Origin: Bacteroidota bacterium
GTDB taxonomy: Bacteria > Bacteroidota > Bacteroidia > Chitinophagales > JADIYW01
DNA: 64,000 nucleotides
NCBI GenBank assembly: GCA_028288625.1
Contig: JAQBNI010000145.1
Location: 16,963 to 80,962 of the forward strand
Direction: 5' to 3'
Translations under genes and position numbers: made by a program
Shown: positions 55,861-64,000 of the stretch, in pieces
Numbering within the stretch: the stretch's first letter is position 1
Layout of the letters: every line of letters starts with the position of its first letter
Notes under the pieces: generated by a model
Told to the model about the DNA's origin: nothing
The model's input: only the letters and a program-made list of their open reading frames with translations
Database searches by the model: none

Positions 55861-58800
55861 TTCCGCGGTGCAATCATCACTCACCAGAATGGTATCGGAA
55901 TTTGCGCAGTTGTTCAATGCTGTCACTCTCACCCAATATATTCCTGCATCAGTTACAGGAATCGAAGTGGTTTGTTCACCTGTGCTCCACAGTATCGACT
56001 GGATATTCGGATCTGTAATTTTTAATTCAATACTTCCGTTGCAAATGATCGTATCGTTACCCAAATTTACAAGAGGCAACGGCAATTGTTGTAAAGTGAT
56101 ACTATCTGTTTCGCTTCCGCATTTATTACTGATGACGGCAATATAAGTTCCCGGCTGGTTTACCGTGATCGTTGAAGCCGTTGTTCCGGTGCTCCAAGTT
56201 GTAGTAGAAATTCCCGTAGATAAAACCTGTATGAAGGAACCGCAATACGTTGTATCAGTTCCCAGATTAAATGGCGAAGGCGGATCGAGTACAGTAACTT
56301 GAATATTATCAGAAGTACTGCAGCCATTAACAGTAACTGTTACTGTATAAGTCCCGGTTTGATTTACAGAAATTGATGGAGATGTTGCCCCTGTACTCCA
56401 TTGATATGTTGCATTCGGAGTACTTGCATTTAAAGTAACGGATGCACCCTGGCAAATAGTAGTGTCAGCCCCAAGGCTTACAACAGGCGGCGTGAATTGC
56501 GTAATGATGATCGCATCTCGCTGTACGCCGCATGCATTTGTGATGGTTGCAGTGTAAGTGCCGCCCGCGTTTACCGTGATCTGAGATCCTGTTGTTCCGG
56601 TGCTCCAGGTTGTAGTTGCATTTCCTGTAGATAAAACGCGGGTAAATGAACCGCAATAAGCAGTATCGTTCCCCAGTGAAAAAGATGCAGGCGGATCGAG
56701 AACGGTTACATTAATGGCGTCAGAAGCACTGCAGCTGTTCACTGTAACGGTTACGGTATATGTTCCCGTCAGGTTCACCGAAATCGAAGCAGACGTTGCG
56801 CCTGTACTCCATAAATAAGTTGCATTAGGTGTCGAAGCATTTAAAGTGAGAGAGGAGCCACGGCAAATTGTTGTGTCTCTTCCGAGGTTTACAACCGGTG
56901 GTGTTGATTGAGAAATTACGATCGTATCTTTTTTAAAGCCGCATGTATTGGTAATGGTTGCGATATAAGTGCCGGGTTGATTCACCGTGATCTGCGATCC
57001 TGTAGTTCCGGTGCTCCATGTAGTTGTTGCATTACCGGTAGACAGCACTCTTGTAAATGGACCGCAGTAAGTAGTATCATTTCCTAAACTAAATGCAACA
57101 GGAGGATTTAATTGTGAGACCATGATCGTATCTCTTCCAATACAACCATTCACTGTTACGCGAACAGAATAAGTTGCCGGCGTGTTTACGGTAATTGTTG
57201 GTGATGTGGCAGCGGTACTCCATAAATATGTGGCGTTGGCTGTGGTTGCATTTAAGGTAATATTTGCGCCCTGGCAAATTGCGGTGTCTCTTCCTAGATT
57301 TACAATAGGACCTGCTGCTTGTGAAAGAATGATGGTATCTTTTTTCACGCCGCATGCATTTGTAATGGTGGCGATATAAGTGCCCGGTTGTGTTACCGTG
57401 ATCTGTGCACCTGTTGTTCCGGTGCTCCATGTTGTAGTAGCGTTTCCGGTAGAGAGTACTCTTGTAAATGAACCGCAATAACTCGTGTCATTTCCTAAAG
57501 TAAATGCCACAGGAGGATTTAATTGAGTAACAATAATGGTATCTCTTCCAATACATGTATTCACTGTAACGCGTACAGAATAAGTTCCCGCTGAATTAAC
57601 AGTAATCGTGGGCGATGTAGCGCTGGTGCTCCACAAATATGTAGCGCCTGCAGTTGTTGCATTTAATGTAAGACTTGCGCCCTGGCAAATCGCAGTATCT
57701 CTACCGAGATTTATATTTACGGTGGACAACACTACATTAACGGTATCTTTTTTTACGCCGCATCTTCCTGTTGCCGTTACAATGTATTGTCCCGCTTTTA
57801 CAGTGGTTGCATTCGGAATATTTACATTCGCAGTAGTTGCAGTAAAAGCATTCGGACCTGTCCACGTGTATGTAGCAGTGCTGTCGATGTTATTTACCCT
57901 AAGTTTAATTGTATCACCTGCACAAACAGAATTTACAATGGCATCAGGTTTTTTGATGGAATCAACGACAGTAATTTCCTTACATGTTCTTGTTTCAGAT
58001 GCTAAGTTCTCATCCAAAACAAGAGTCACATTATATGTTCCAACACTATCAATATGAAAAGGTGGAGGATTGGTTAATGTAGAAGTAGCCACTCCAAAAG
58101 ATTGGCATGTGGATGATAACATCAACCTGCTGATAGTGTTATTGCCTGTATTAGGAGAAAATACATAGTTGTCTCCATTAAATGGAATTACATTACTAAA
58201 TCCACCCGGGAAATTAAAACCTCCTACATTTCCAAGTTTTACTCCAGTGATTGTATTGCTTTCTATGTCATTTGGAAAAGTGTATTCAATTATTGAATTA
58301 TCACCAGGACTCATCACATATCCTTTAAAACTTTCACAATCTACAAAAGGTAAAAACCCATAAGCCCTGTTCAATAAATTACCGGGATTGCCAAGGTTAA
58401 CCGAAGTAGGTGTATTTAATAATGAGTTTCCAAAATCAGCTCTGATAATGTAATTGCTGCTTGGAGTTACATTATCGCTTGGCAAAAATAAGAACCAGTT
58501 ATTATGTCGTTGTATCAGCCCCATTTTACTATTGGTATTTATTGGTCCGATATTTCCTAAATTCTGTGTCGTAGGTATATTAACAATAGATGCTCCGAAA
58601 TTTAATCTTATCAATGTGCCGTCATTAAGTCCAATAAATCCAATGTAACCTACAGATGTTTTTTCGATTACCAGGTCTTTCATAAAATCATATAATGCAC
58701 CGGTGAGGTTGCCATAGTTGGTAATAGTCGGAATATTATTTAAGGAAGTTCCGAAATCTAATCTTGCCATAAGATAAGTAGATGGGTTGTTGGATATAAT

Positions 58801-61113
58801 TATCCCATACCAATTTCCGCCTTCATTTATAAATTTCATTCCTTCAGGTTCTGTTAAAAGTCCTCCGAAGCTTCCCATAGGTGTTGCCACGGGTATACTA
58901 AGTAAATTTGTTCCGAAATTGATCTTCACCAATTGATCTCCACCAGGTCTATTGTTTCCAACAAAGCCAATATAATTTGCACCGTCCTTCATCACTTTAA
59001 TATTTGTAGGTCTTGTCGGCAAACCAGTACCACCTAAATTTACACCTGTAACAGTTGCAGAAGGAGTCTCTTTACAAAAAAACCATTTGTTAGTTGTAGC
59101 ATTTTGAGAAGTATTAGTAATAGTAATTGTCTGACCTTTGCAAACTGTGTCCAGAGAATTGAAAGAGGGAGTAACTACCACACAAGATATCTGATTTAAT
59201 GCAATTGTATCTTTAGTAGAACCGCAATTATTCGTAATGGTTGCTATGTAAGTTCCGGGTTGTGTTACTGTGATCTGTGATCCTGTTGCGCCCGTACTCC
59301 ACGATGTTGTTGCAACGCCCGTAGAAAGTACTCTGCTGAACGATCCGCAGTATGTTGTATCTTTTCCAAGGTTAAAAGCAGCTGGTTTTAAAAGTTGTGT
59401 AACTATAATAGTATCTCTTCCAATACAGGTATTTACAGTAACGCGAACTGAATAAGTTGCCGGAGAATTTACTGTAATTGTAGGTGATGTAGCGCTGGTG
59501 CTCCATAAATATGTTGCAGTGGCTGTTGTGGCATTTAGTAAAAGTGATGCACCCTGGCAAATAGCTGTATCTCTACCGAGATTTACATTCACGATACTTA
59601 GTACAACATTAACGGTATCTTTTTTGACACCGCATCTTCCGGTGGCTGTTACAATATATTGTCCCGCTTTTGCAGCAGTTGCGTTTGGGATTTTTACGTT
59701 CGCAGTAGTTGCAGTAAAAGCATTCGGACCTGTCCAAGCATAAGTAGCAGTGCTATCGATATTATTAACCGTAAGTCGGATGGTATCACCCACACAAACA
59801 GAATTTACAACAGCATCAGGCTTTTTGATGGAATCTACAACAGTAATTTCTTTGCATGTTCTTACTTCGGATGCTAAGTTTTCATTTACAACGAGAGTTA
59901 CGTTGTATGTTCCAAGACTATCTATATGGAATGGAGGCGGATTAGTTGCAGTAGAAGTAGCTACTCCAAAAGATTGACAGCTGGATGACAACAGCAGTCT
60001 GCTGATAGTGTTATTGCCTGTATTTGGAGAAAAAACATAATTATCCCCATTATAAGAAACTAAATTGCTAAATCCCCCCTGGAAATTAAAACCTCCTACA
60101 TTTCCTAGTTTGACTCCGGTAATTGTATTGCTTTCTATTTCATTTGGAAAAGTGTATTCAATTATTGAATTATCACCTGGACTCATCACATATCCTTTGA
60201 AACTTTCACAATCAACAAAAGGTAAAAAGCCATAAGCTCTGTTCAATAAATTGCCGGGATTACCAAGGTTAACCGAAGTAGGTGTATTTAATAGTGAGTT
60301 TCCAAAATCAGCTCTGATAATGTAATTGCTGCTTGGAGTTGCATTATCACTGGGTAAAAATAAGAACCAGTTGTTGTGTCGCTGTATCAATCCCATTTTA
60401 CTATTGGTATTTATCGGTCCGATATTTCCTAAATTCTGGGTAGTAGGTATATTAACAATAGAAGCTCCAAAATTCAATCTTACCAATGTCCCGTCATTAA
60501 GTCCAACGAATCCAATATAACCTGCAGCTGTTTTTTCAATGACCAGATCTTTCATGAAATCATATAATGCTCCGGAGAGGTTGCCATAGTTGGTAATAGT
60601 AGGAATATTATTTAATGATGTTCCGAAATCTAATCTTGCCATAAGATAAGTAGACGGATTATTGGAAATAATTATTCCATACCAATTCCCCCCTTCATTT
60701 ACAAATTTCATTCCTTCCGGTTCAGTTAAAACCCCTCCGAAACTTCCCATAGGTGTTGCCACCGGTACGCTAAGTAAATTTGTTCCGAAATTGATCTTCA
60801 CCAATTGATCTCCGCCAGGTCTATTGTTTCCAACAAACCCAATATAATTGGCGCCGTCCTTTATCACTTTAATATTTGTAGGTCTTGTTGGTATACCAAC
60901 GCCACCTAAGTTTACACCAGTTACAGTAGCCGTTGGAGTTTTCTTACAAAAGAACCATTTGTTGGTTGTTGCATTTTGTGATGTATTTATAATAGTAATG
61001 GTTTGTCCTTTACAAACGGTATCCGGAGAATTAAAAGATGCAACAACAGTTTGCGATATACCTAGGGTATAAAAGAGTATTAGCCCAAGTGTAAATAGTA
61101 GATTTTTAAACAT
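55564..61113 (-). CDS. 1849-aa T9SS-secreted repetitive surface protein (adhesin-like)
   Basis: Signal peptide, two 624-aa super-repeats, further ~68-aa Cys-containing modules, and a C-terminal IPNAFTPNGDGINDVF type-B sorting domain. Confidence 0.85.
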   Translation of the reverse strand: MFKNLLFTLGLILFYTLGISQTVVASFNSPDTVCKGQTITIINTSQNATTNKWFFCKKTPTATVTGVNLGGVGIPTRPTNIKVIKDGANYIGFVGNNRPGGDQLVKINFGTNLLSVPVATPMGSFGGVLTEPEGMKFVNEGGNWYGIIISNNPSTYLMARLDFGTSLNNIPTITNYGNLSGALYDFMKDLVIEKTAAGYIGFVGLNDGTLVRLNFGASIVNIPTTQNLGNIGPINTNSKMGLIQRHNNWFLFLPSDNATPSSNYIIRADFGNSLLNTPTSVNLGNPGNLLNRAYGFLPFVDCESFKGYVMSPGDNSIIEYTFPNEIESNTITGVKLGNVGGFNFQGGFSNLVSYNGDNYVFSPNTGNNTISRLLLSSSCQSFGVATSTATNPPPFHIDSLGTYNVTLVVNENLASEVRTCKEITVVDSIKKPDAVVNSVCVGDTIRLTVNNIDSTATYAWTGPNAFTATTANVKIPNATAAKAGQYIVTATGRCGVKKDTVNVVLSIVNVNLGRDTAICQGASLLLNATTATATYLWSTSATSPTITVNSPATYSVRVTVNTCIGRDTIIVTQLLKPAAFNLGKDTTYCGSFSRVLSTGVATTSWSTGATGSQITVTQPGTYIATITNNCGSTKDTIALNQISCVVVTPSFNSLDTVCKGQTITITNTSQNATTNKWFFCKETPSATVTGVNLGGTGLPTRPTNIKVMKDGANYIGFVGNNRPGGDQLVKINFGTNLLSIPVATPMGSFGGLLTEPEGMKFINEGGNWYGIIISNNPSTYLMARLDFGTSLNNIPTITNYGNLTGALYDFMKDLVIEKTSVGYIGFIGLNDGTLIRLNFGASIVNIPTTQNLGNIGPINTNSKMGLIQRHNNWFLFLPSDNVTPSSNYIIRADFGNSLLNTPTSVNLGNPGNLLNRAYGFLPFVDCESFKGYVMSPGDNSIIEYTFPNDIESNTITGVKLGNVGGFNFPGGFSNVIPFNGDNYVFSPNTGNNTISRLMLSSTCQSFGVATSTLTNPPPFHIDSVGTYNVTLVLDENLASETRTCKEITVVDSIKKPDAIVNSVCAGDTIKLRVNNIDSTATYTWTGPNAFTATTANVNIPNATTVKAGQYIVTATGRCGVKKDTVNVVLSTVNINLGRDTAICQGASLTLNATTAGATYLWSTSATSPTITVNSAGTYSVRVTVNTCIGRDTIIVTQLNPPVAFTLGNDTSYCGSFTRVLSTGNATTTWSTGTTGAQITVTQPGTYIATITNACGVKKDTIILSQAAGPIVNLGRDTAICQGANITLNATTANATYLWSTAATSPTITVNTPATYSVRVTVNGCIGRDTIMVSQLNPPVAFSLGNDTTYCGPFTRVLSTGNATTTWSTGTTGSQITVNQPGTYIATITNTCGFKKDTIVISQSTPPVVNLGRDTTICRGSSLTLNASTPNATYLWSTGATSASISVNLTGTYTVTVTVNSCSASDAINVTVLDPPASFSLGNDTAYCGSFTRVLSTGNATTTWSTGTTGSQITVNAGGTYTATITNACGVQRDAIIITQFTPPVVSLGADTTICQGASVTLNASTPNATYQWSTGATSPSISVNQTGTYTVTVTVNGCSTSDNIQVTVLDPPSPFNLGTDTTYCGSFIQVLSTGISTTTWSTGTTASTITVNQPGTYIAVISNKCGSETDSITLQQLPLPLVNLGNDTIICNGSIELKITDPNIQSILWSTGEQTTSIPVTDAGIYWVRVTALNNCANSDTILVSDDCTAEIYIPNAFTPNGDGINDVFIPLSNSKFVTIDKMLIFDRWGEQMYEADNFNIEDKKFAWDGTYKGSNAQMDTYVYYIEMSYKQGQKVVTKSYKGTLTLLR
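55861..57294 (-). repeat. array of alternating ~68-aa A/B modules (411-nt A+B period, 3.5 pairs)
   Basis: A is LGRDT.IC.G.S.TLNA.T.NATY.WSTGATS..I.VN..GTY.V.VTVN.C. B is LGNDT.YCG.F.RVLSTGNATTTWSTGTTGSQITVN..GTY.A.ITN.CG. Confidence 0.8.
57295..61038 (-). repeat. tandem duplication, 2 x 1872 nt (2 x 624 aa) inside the adhesin gene
   Basis: Equivalent positions are offset by exactly 1872 nt (for example antisense ORFs 58454 vs 60326, and 57629 vs 59501). The two protein copies are highly similar. Confidence 0.9.
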
Positions 61114-61246
61114 AGCAGAATTGTGACTATAAATATACTTATAAAATGTTTTTATACCTACGGTCTGGGTAGTTATGAATAATTATTTAACAGGTTATTC
61201 TGTCTTCTATGCTAATAACTGTATTTTTGAGATCGTATAAAAAAAT

Positions 61247-62284
61247 ATGGCAAGTATAAGTGTTTTAATGCCAGCTTACAACAGTGAAAAGTATATAGGA
61301 GAAGCTATAAACAGCCTTTTATCCCAAACCTTTTCCGATTTTGAATTAATTATTATTAATGATGGCTCTAAAGACAATACACATCAGGTAATATCTGATT
61401 TTCAAGATAGTCGTATTAAATATTTTCAGAACACTGAAAATTCGGGATTAATTTTCACACGAAACAAATTAATACAATTAGCTGCCTGTGATTACATAGC
61501 TTTTTTAGATAGTGATGATTTGGCTGAACCCAAAAGATTGGAAATCGAATTTAAAGCTTTGAAGTCTAATGCTAATTTAGCTTTTGTGTCAAGTAGTTTT
61601 CATGCAATAAATGAAAACAGCGAAATTATTAAATCTGATTGGAAATATAATTTATCACCGGTAGAATTACCGGTTCACTTTTTATTTTATAATCCAATAG
61701 CTACATCAAGTGTGATGATCAGGAAGAGTTTTTTACCGGAAAAAATCTTTCGTGAAGGGTATCCTGTTTGCGAGGACTATGATTTATGGACTCGTATTAT
61801 TCAGAATTATGACGGAAACGTATTACCAGAATTTTTAACGAGATACAGAGTATATGATCAAAGTATTTGTAAACAACAACCGGAAAATATTATCAGTATA
61901 AGAAATAAAATTATACTTAATCAACTCGAAATGTATTTTCCAAATGAATACACCGAAGAAGAAAAAATAATTCACCTCAGTCTTGTAGAATTCTCTCTTA
62001 AAAATAAAATTGATGATATTGGACCTTTAACCGAATGGATACGTAAATTAATTGCATTAAATCAACAGCATCATCATTTCGACGAGCGCATTCTTAAACA
62101 ACTGTTATACGAAAGAGTACTGAAAAAATTTCTACGCCTTGACAATTATGATTACTCCGTTTTTAAAACATTACTGCAGCTGAAAAAAGAATTAAATCCA
62201 AAGCTCACTTTTGAATTGCGAAAAAAAGAAATGGCAATATTTGCATTTTCACTGGCTGGGAATAAATTTATAAAATTGAATTGA
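61247..62284 (+). CDS. family 2 glycosyltransferase
   Basis: SVLMPAYNSEKYIGEAINSLLSQTFSDFELIIINDGS and DSDD motifs. Confidence 0.85.
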   Translation: MASISVLMPAYNSEKYIGEAINSLLSQTFSDFELIIINDGSKDNTHQVISDFQDSRIKYFQNTENSGLIFTRNKLIQLAACDYIAFLDSDDLAEPKRLEIEFKALKSNANLAFVSSSFHAINENSEIIKSDWKYNLSPVELPVHFLFYNPIATSSVMIRKSFLPEKIFREGYPVCEDYDLWTRIIQNYDGNVLPEFLTRYRVYDQSICKQQPENIISIRNKIILNQLEMYFPNEYTEEEKIIHLSLVEFSLKNKIDDIGPLTEWIRKLIALNQQHHHFDERILKQLLYERVLKKFLRLDNYDYSVFKTLLQLKKELNPKLTFELRKKEMAIFAFSLAGNKFIKLN

Positions 62285-63723
62285 AAAAACTCGTCAGTCA
62301 TATAAAACAGCTTTCATTTTACGATACACTTCGTCACGGCTCGGTATATATGTTTTCATTTGTAGTCATCCAGTTATTAATGGTGCTTACCCTGCCCATT
62401 TTTACAAAACTGCTCACACCTTCGGATTTTGGAATTTATGAAGTATTCAATAACACGGTTCGCATTTTCGGCGTCATTCTTTCCCTCAATTTATTTAACG
62501 GGTTTTATCGTTATTATTTTGACGAGCACATAGATAAGAAAGCGCTGGTGCAATTTTTGTTACGCACATCCTTTCTCGCATTCATAGTGGGTAGTGGCAT
62601 TATTTACCTCCTGCAAACGCCATTGTTGAAACTATTAAACCTGCCGCAGCCGTTGCTGATATGGATACCGATCGGTGTTTTTTCAAATATCGTGTTCAGC
62701 TTTTTTTATGCATACAATAACGCGCAGCGCTTAAGTACGCGTGGAGGCGTATGGCAATTTTTTTACCAGTTCTCGCGCGTCATTGGAGGCGTGCTTGTGG
62801 TATTATATGTAGTACGAAATTATTACGGAAGGATCACCGGCGAAAACGGCATACTGCTTTTAATGTCGCTGCTGGTTATAGTTATATATTTCAGAAAATA
62901 TCTGGGATTCAGCGAACATCTTCCTCAAAAAAAAGAGATCGTAAAATACTCGGTGAGCTTTATTCCTATTGGGCTCAGCGGTTTTGCACTGGGTTATCTC
63001 GATACGATCATGATCAATAATTACAAAGGACATAACGACGCCGGCTTGTACAGTTACGCGTACAAGATCGCGGTAATTTATACGGGGATCACAACTGCTT
63101 TTGTAACTGCAAACCGTCCAAAATTATTCGAATTGATGAATGAAAAAAAAGAGGAAGAAGTTATTGCACAGCTGCGGAGTATGTTCAAGCTCGTCGTTGC
63201 GTTATCTGCGCTGTTTATTTTCTTTTCTGCCGATGGCGGTCGTCTCCTTGCATTAAATAAATCTTTTCACGCTGGATTATACCTGATGCCGGTTTTAATT
63301 CTGTCGTATATTTTTAATGACCTTAACGAATTATATTGTTTCTATTTTTTTTATGAGAAAAAGGTAAAATATTTTTATTTCAGTTTTGCCGTTGCAGCCA
63401 TCATAAACTTCGTACTCAACCTTATCCTTATACCCATTTACGGATATCCCGTTGCAGCTTATACCACGCTGGTGTCTTACGGTTTCATGCTCGTTTGTAC
63501 CTATATCATCTGCAAAAAATTTCTCTCTGTGCGCGTCCCAGCAGTGATCCGTTTTATTGATTATATTCTCATCATTATTTTAGTATTGATCGCAAATTAT
63601 TTTATCACTGGATATATCGAAAACTGGTGGCTGCAGATTGGGGTTAAACTTATAGTTTATGGACTTGTTATCCTGTATCTTTGGAGGAATATCATTATAC
63701 GTTATTTTGAAAAAGAATTATAA
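62281..63723 (+). CDS. oligosaccharide flippase (Wzx / polysaccharide biosynthesis protein family)
   Basis: About 12 TM helices. The TTG start overlaps the GT2 stop. Confidence 0.7.
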   Translation: MKKLVSHIKQLSFYDTLRHGSVYMFSFVVIQLLMVLTLPIFTKLLTPSDFGIYEVFNNTVRIFGVILSLNLFNGFYRYYFDEHIDKKALVQFLLRTSFLAFIVGSGIIYLLQTPLLKLLNLPQPLLIWIPIGVFSNIVFSFFYAYNNAQRLSTRGGVWQFFYQFSRVIGGVLVVLYVVRNYYGRITGENGILLLMSLLVIVIYFRKYLGFSEHLPQKKEIVKYSVSFIPIGLSGFALGYLDTIMINNYKGHNDAGLYSYAYKIAVIYTGITTAFVTANRPKLFELMNEKKEEEVIAQLRSMFKLVVALSALFIFFSADGGRLLALNKSFHAGLYLMPVLILSYIFNDLNELYCFYFFYEKKVKYFYFSFAVAAIINFVLNLILIPIYGYPVAAYTTLVSYGFMLVCTYIICKKFLSVRVPAVIRFIDYILIIILVLIANYFITGYIENWWLQIGVKLIVYGLVILYLWRNIIIRYFEKEL

Positions 63724-64000
63724 ATGAAAATTGGGATACTATATATCTGCACCGGGAAATATGATGTTTTCTGGAAGGCTTTTTATGAAAGTGCGGAAAA
63801 ACATTTATGTCCTGAAGCTGAAAAACATTATTTCGTATTTACAGACAGTGAACAAATTTCTTCTGAAGGAAGAGTGCACAAAATTTACCAGGAACGCCTC
63901 GGTTGGCCGAAAGATACGCTGATGCGTTTCCATCTTTTCCTTGACATTAAAGATCAGCTCAAAGAAATGGATTATCTTTTTTTCTTTAACGCGAATTATA
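63724..64000 (+). CDS. family 6 glycosyltransferase (ABO/BoGT6a-like), 5' part; continues beyond the window
   Basis: The ATG at 63724 gives [26 protein letters not shown]...[15 protein letters not shown]...YLFFFNANY, with the bacterial NxN (NAN) motif at 63988-63996. It is absent from the ORF track because no stop lies in the window. Confidence 0.75.
   Translation, partial: MKIGILYICTGKYDVFWKAFYESAEKHLCPEAEKHYFVFTDSEQISSEGRVHKIYQERLGWPKDTLMRFHLFLDIKDQLKEMDYLFFFNANY

Noticed and set aside
57608-58057. Antisense ORFs inside the adhesin gene (57608..58057, 59498..59743, 58454..58648, 60326..60520 and others)
   Set aside because: They occur in pairs only because the sense strand is duplicated. 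They are rich in Val/Ala/Phe from reverse-reading Thr/Asn/Gly codons, and they have no start context or independent support.
55861-61038. Possible CRISPR-like or other non-coding tandem array
   Set aside because: The periodic repeats (411 nt and 1872 nt) lie in one uninterrupted 5.5-kb reading frame and encode protein modules. There is no short repeat/unique spacer structure and no cas genes in the window.
63731-63922. Track ORF in a different frame from the GT6 gene
   Set aside because: The frame starting at ATG 63724 gives an unmistakable GT6 N-terminus and stays open to the window end. The 63-aa ORF is an out-of-frame artefact.

Overview
64-kb chromosomal window from a low-GC Bacteroidota genome. 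The lineage is an inference from a T9SS type-B C-terminal sorting domain, FISUMP lipoproteins, a DUF2723 protein, a long-type PurF and several palindromic REP families typical of Sphingobacteriia/Chitinophagia. It holds about 60 protein genes and one tRNA-Gln(UUG). I saw no rRNA, CRISPR array or transposase. The backbone is housekeeping: priA, ilvA, malic enzyme, rhlE, purF, panB, mscL, rlmB, tadA, dprA, scoAB. Accessory content: (1) 19.2-24.5 kb holds an Eco57I-like Type IIG restriction-modification gene (~1260 aa if intact) split by a 1-nt frameshift. It is followed tail-to-tail by a start-less, promoterless second copy of its C-terminal target-recognition domain (TRD) and by a small serine recombinase. 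A 13-bp in-frame inverted repeat sits exactly at the homology boundary. I read this as an inversion-driven specificity switch for a Type IIG enzyme, and it is the most interesting item here. (2) 30.5-31.4 kb holds three tandem genes for small Cys-rich lipoproteins. Two of them show 20 synonymous and 0 non-synonymous changes over 42 codons. (3) 31.8-34.9 kb is a tight five-gene operon: OB-fold anchor, two CXXCH lipoproteins, YceI, DUF5777 barrel. (4) 27.8-30.3 kb is a general-stress-type cluster with ORFs under 60 aa that are missing from the ORF track. (5) 52.1-64.0 kb is a glycan locus with a GT11 alpha-1,2-fucosyltransferase and a GT6 (NxN-type) enzyme. It is interrupted by a 1849-aa T9SS adhesin gene carrying a 1872-bp tandem duplication. 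Intergenic DNA is rich in at least four short palindromic repeat families plus a ~110-nt dispersed element. All calls rest on motif recognition by eye; no database search was run.
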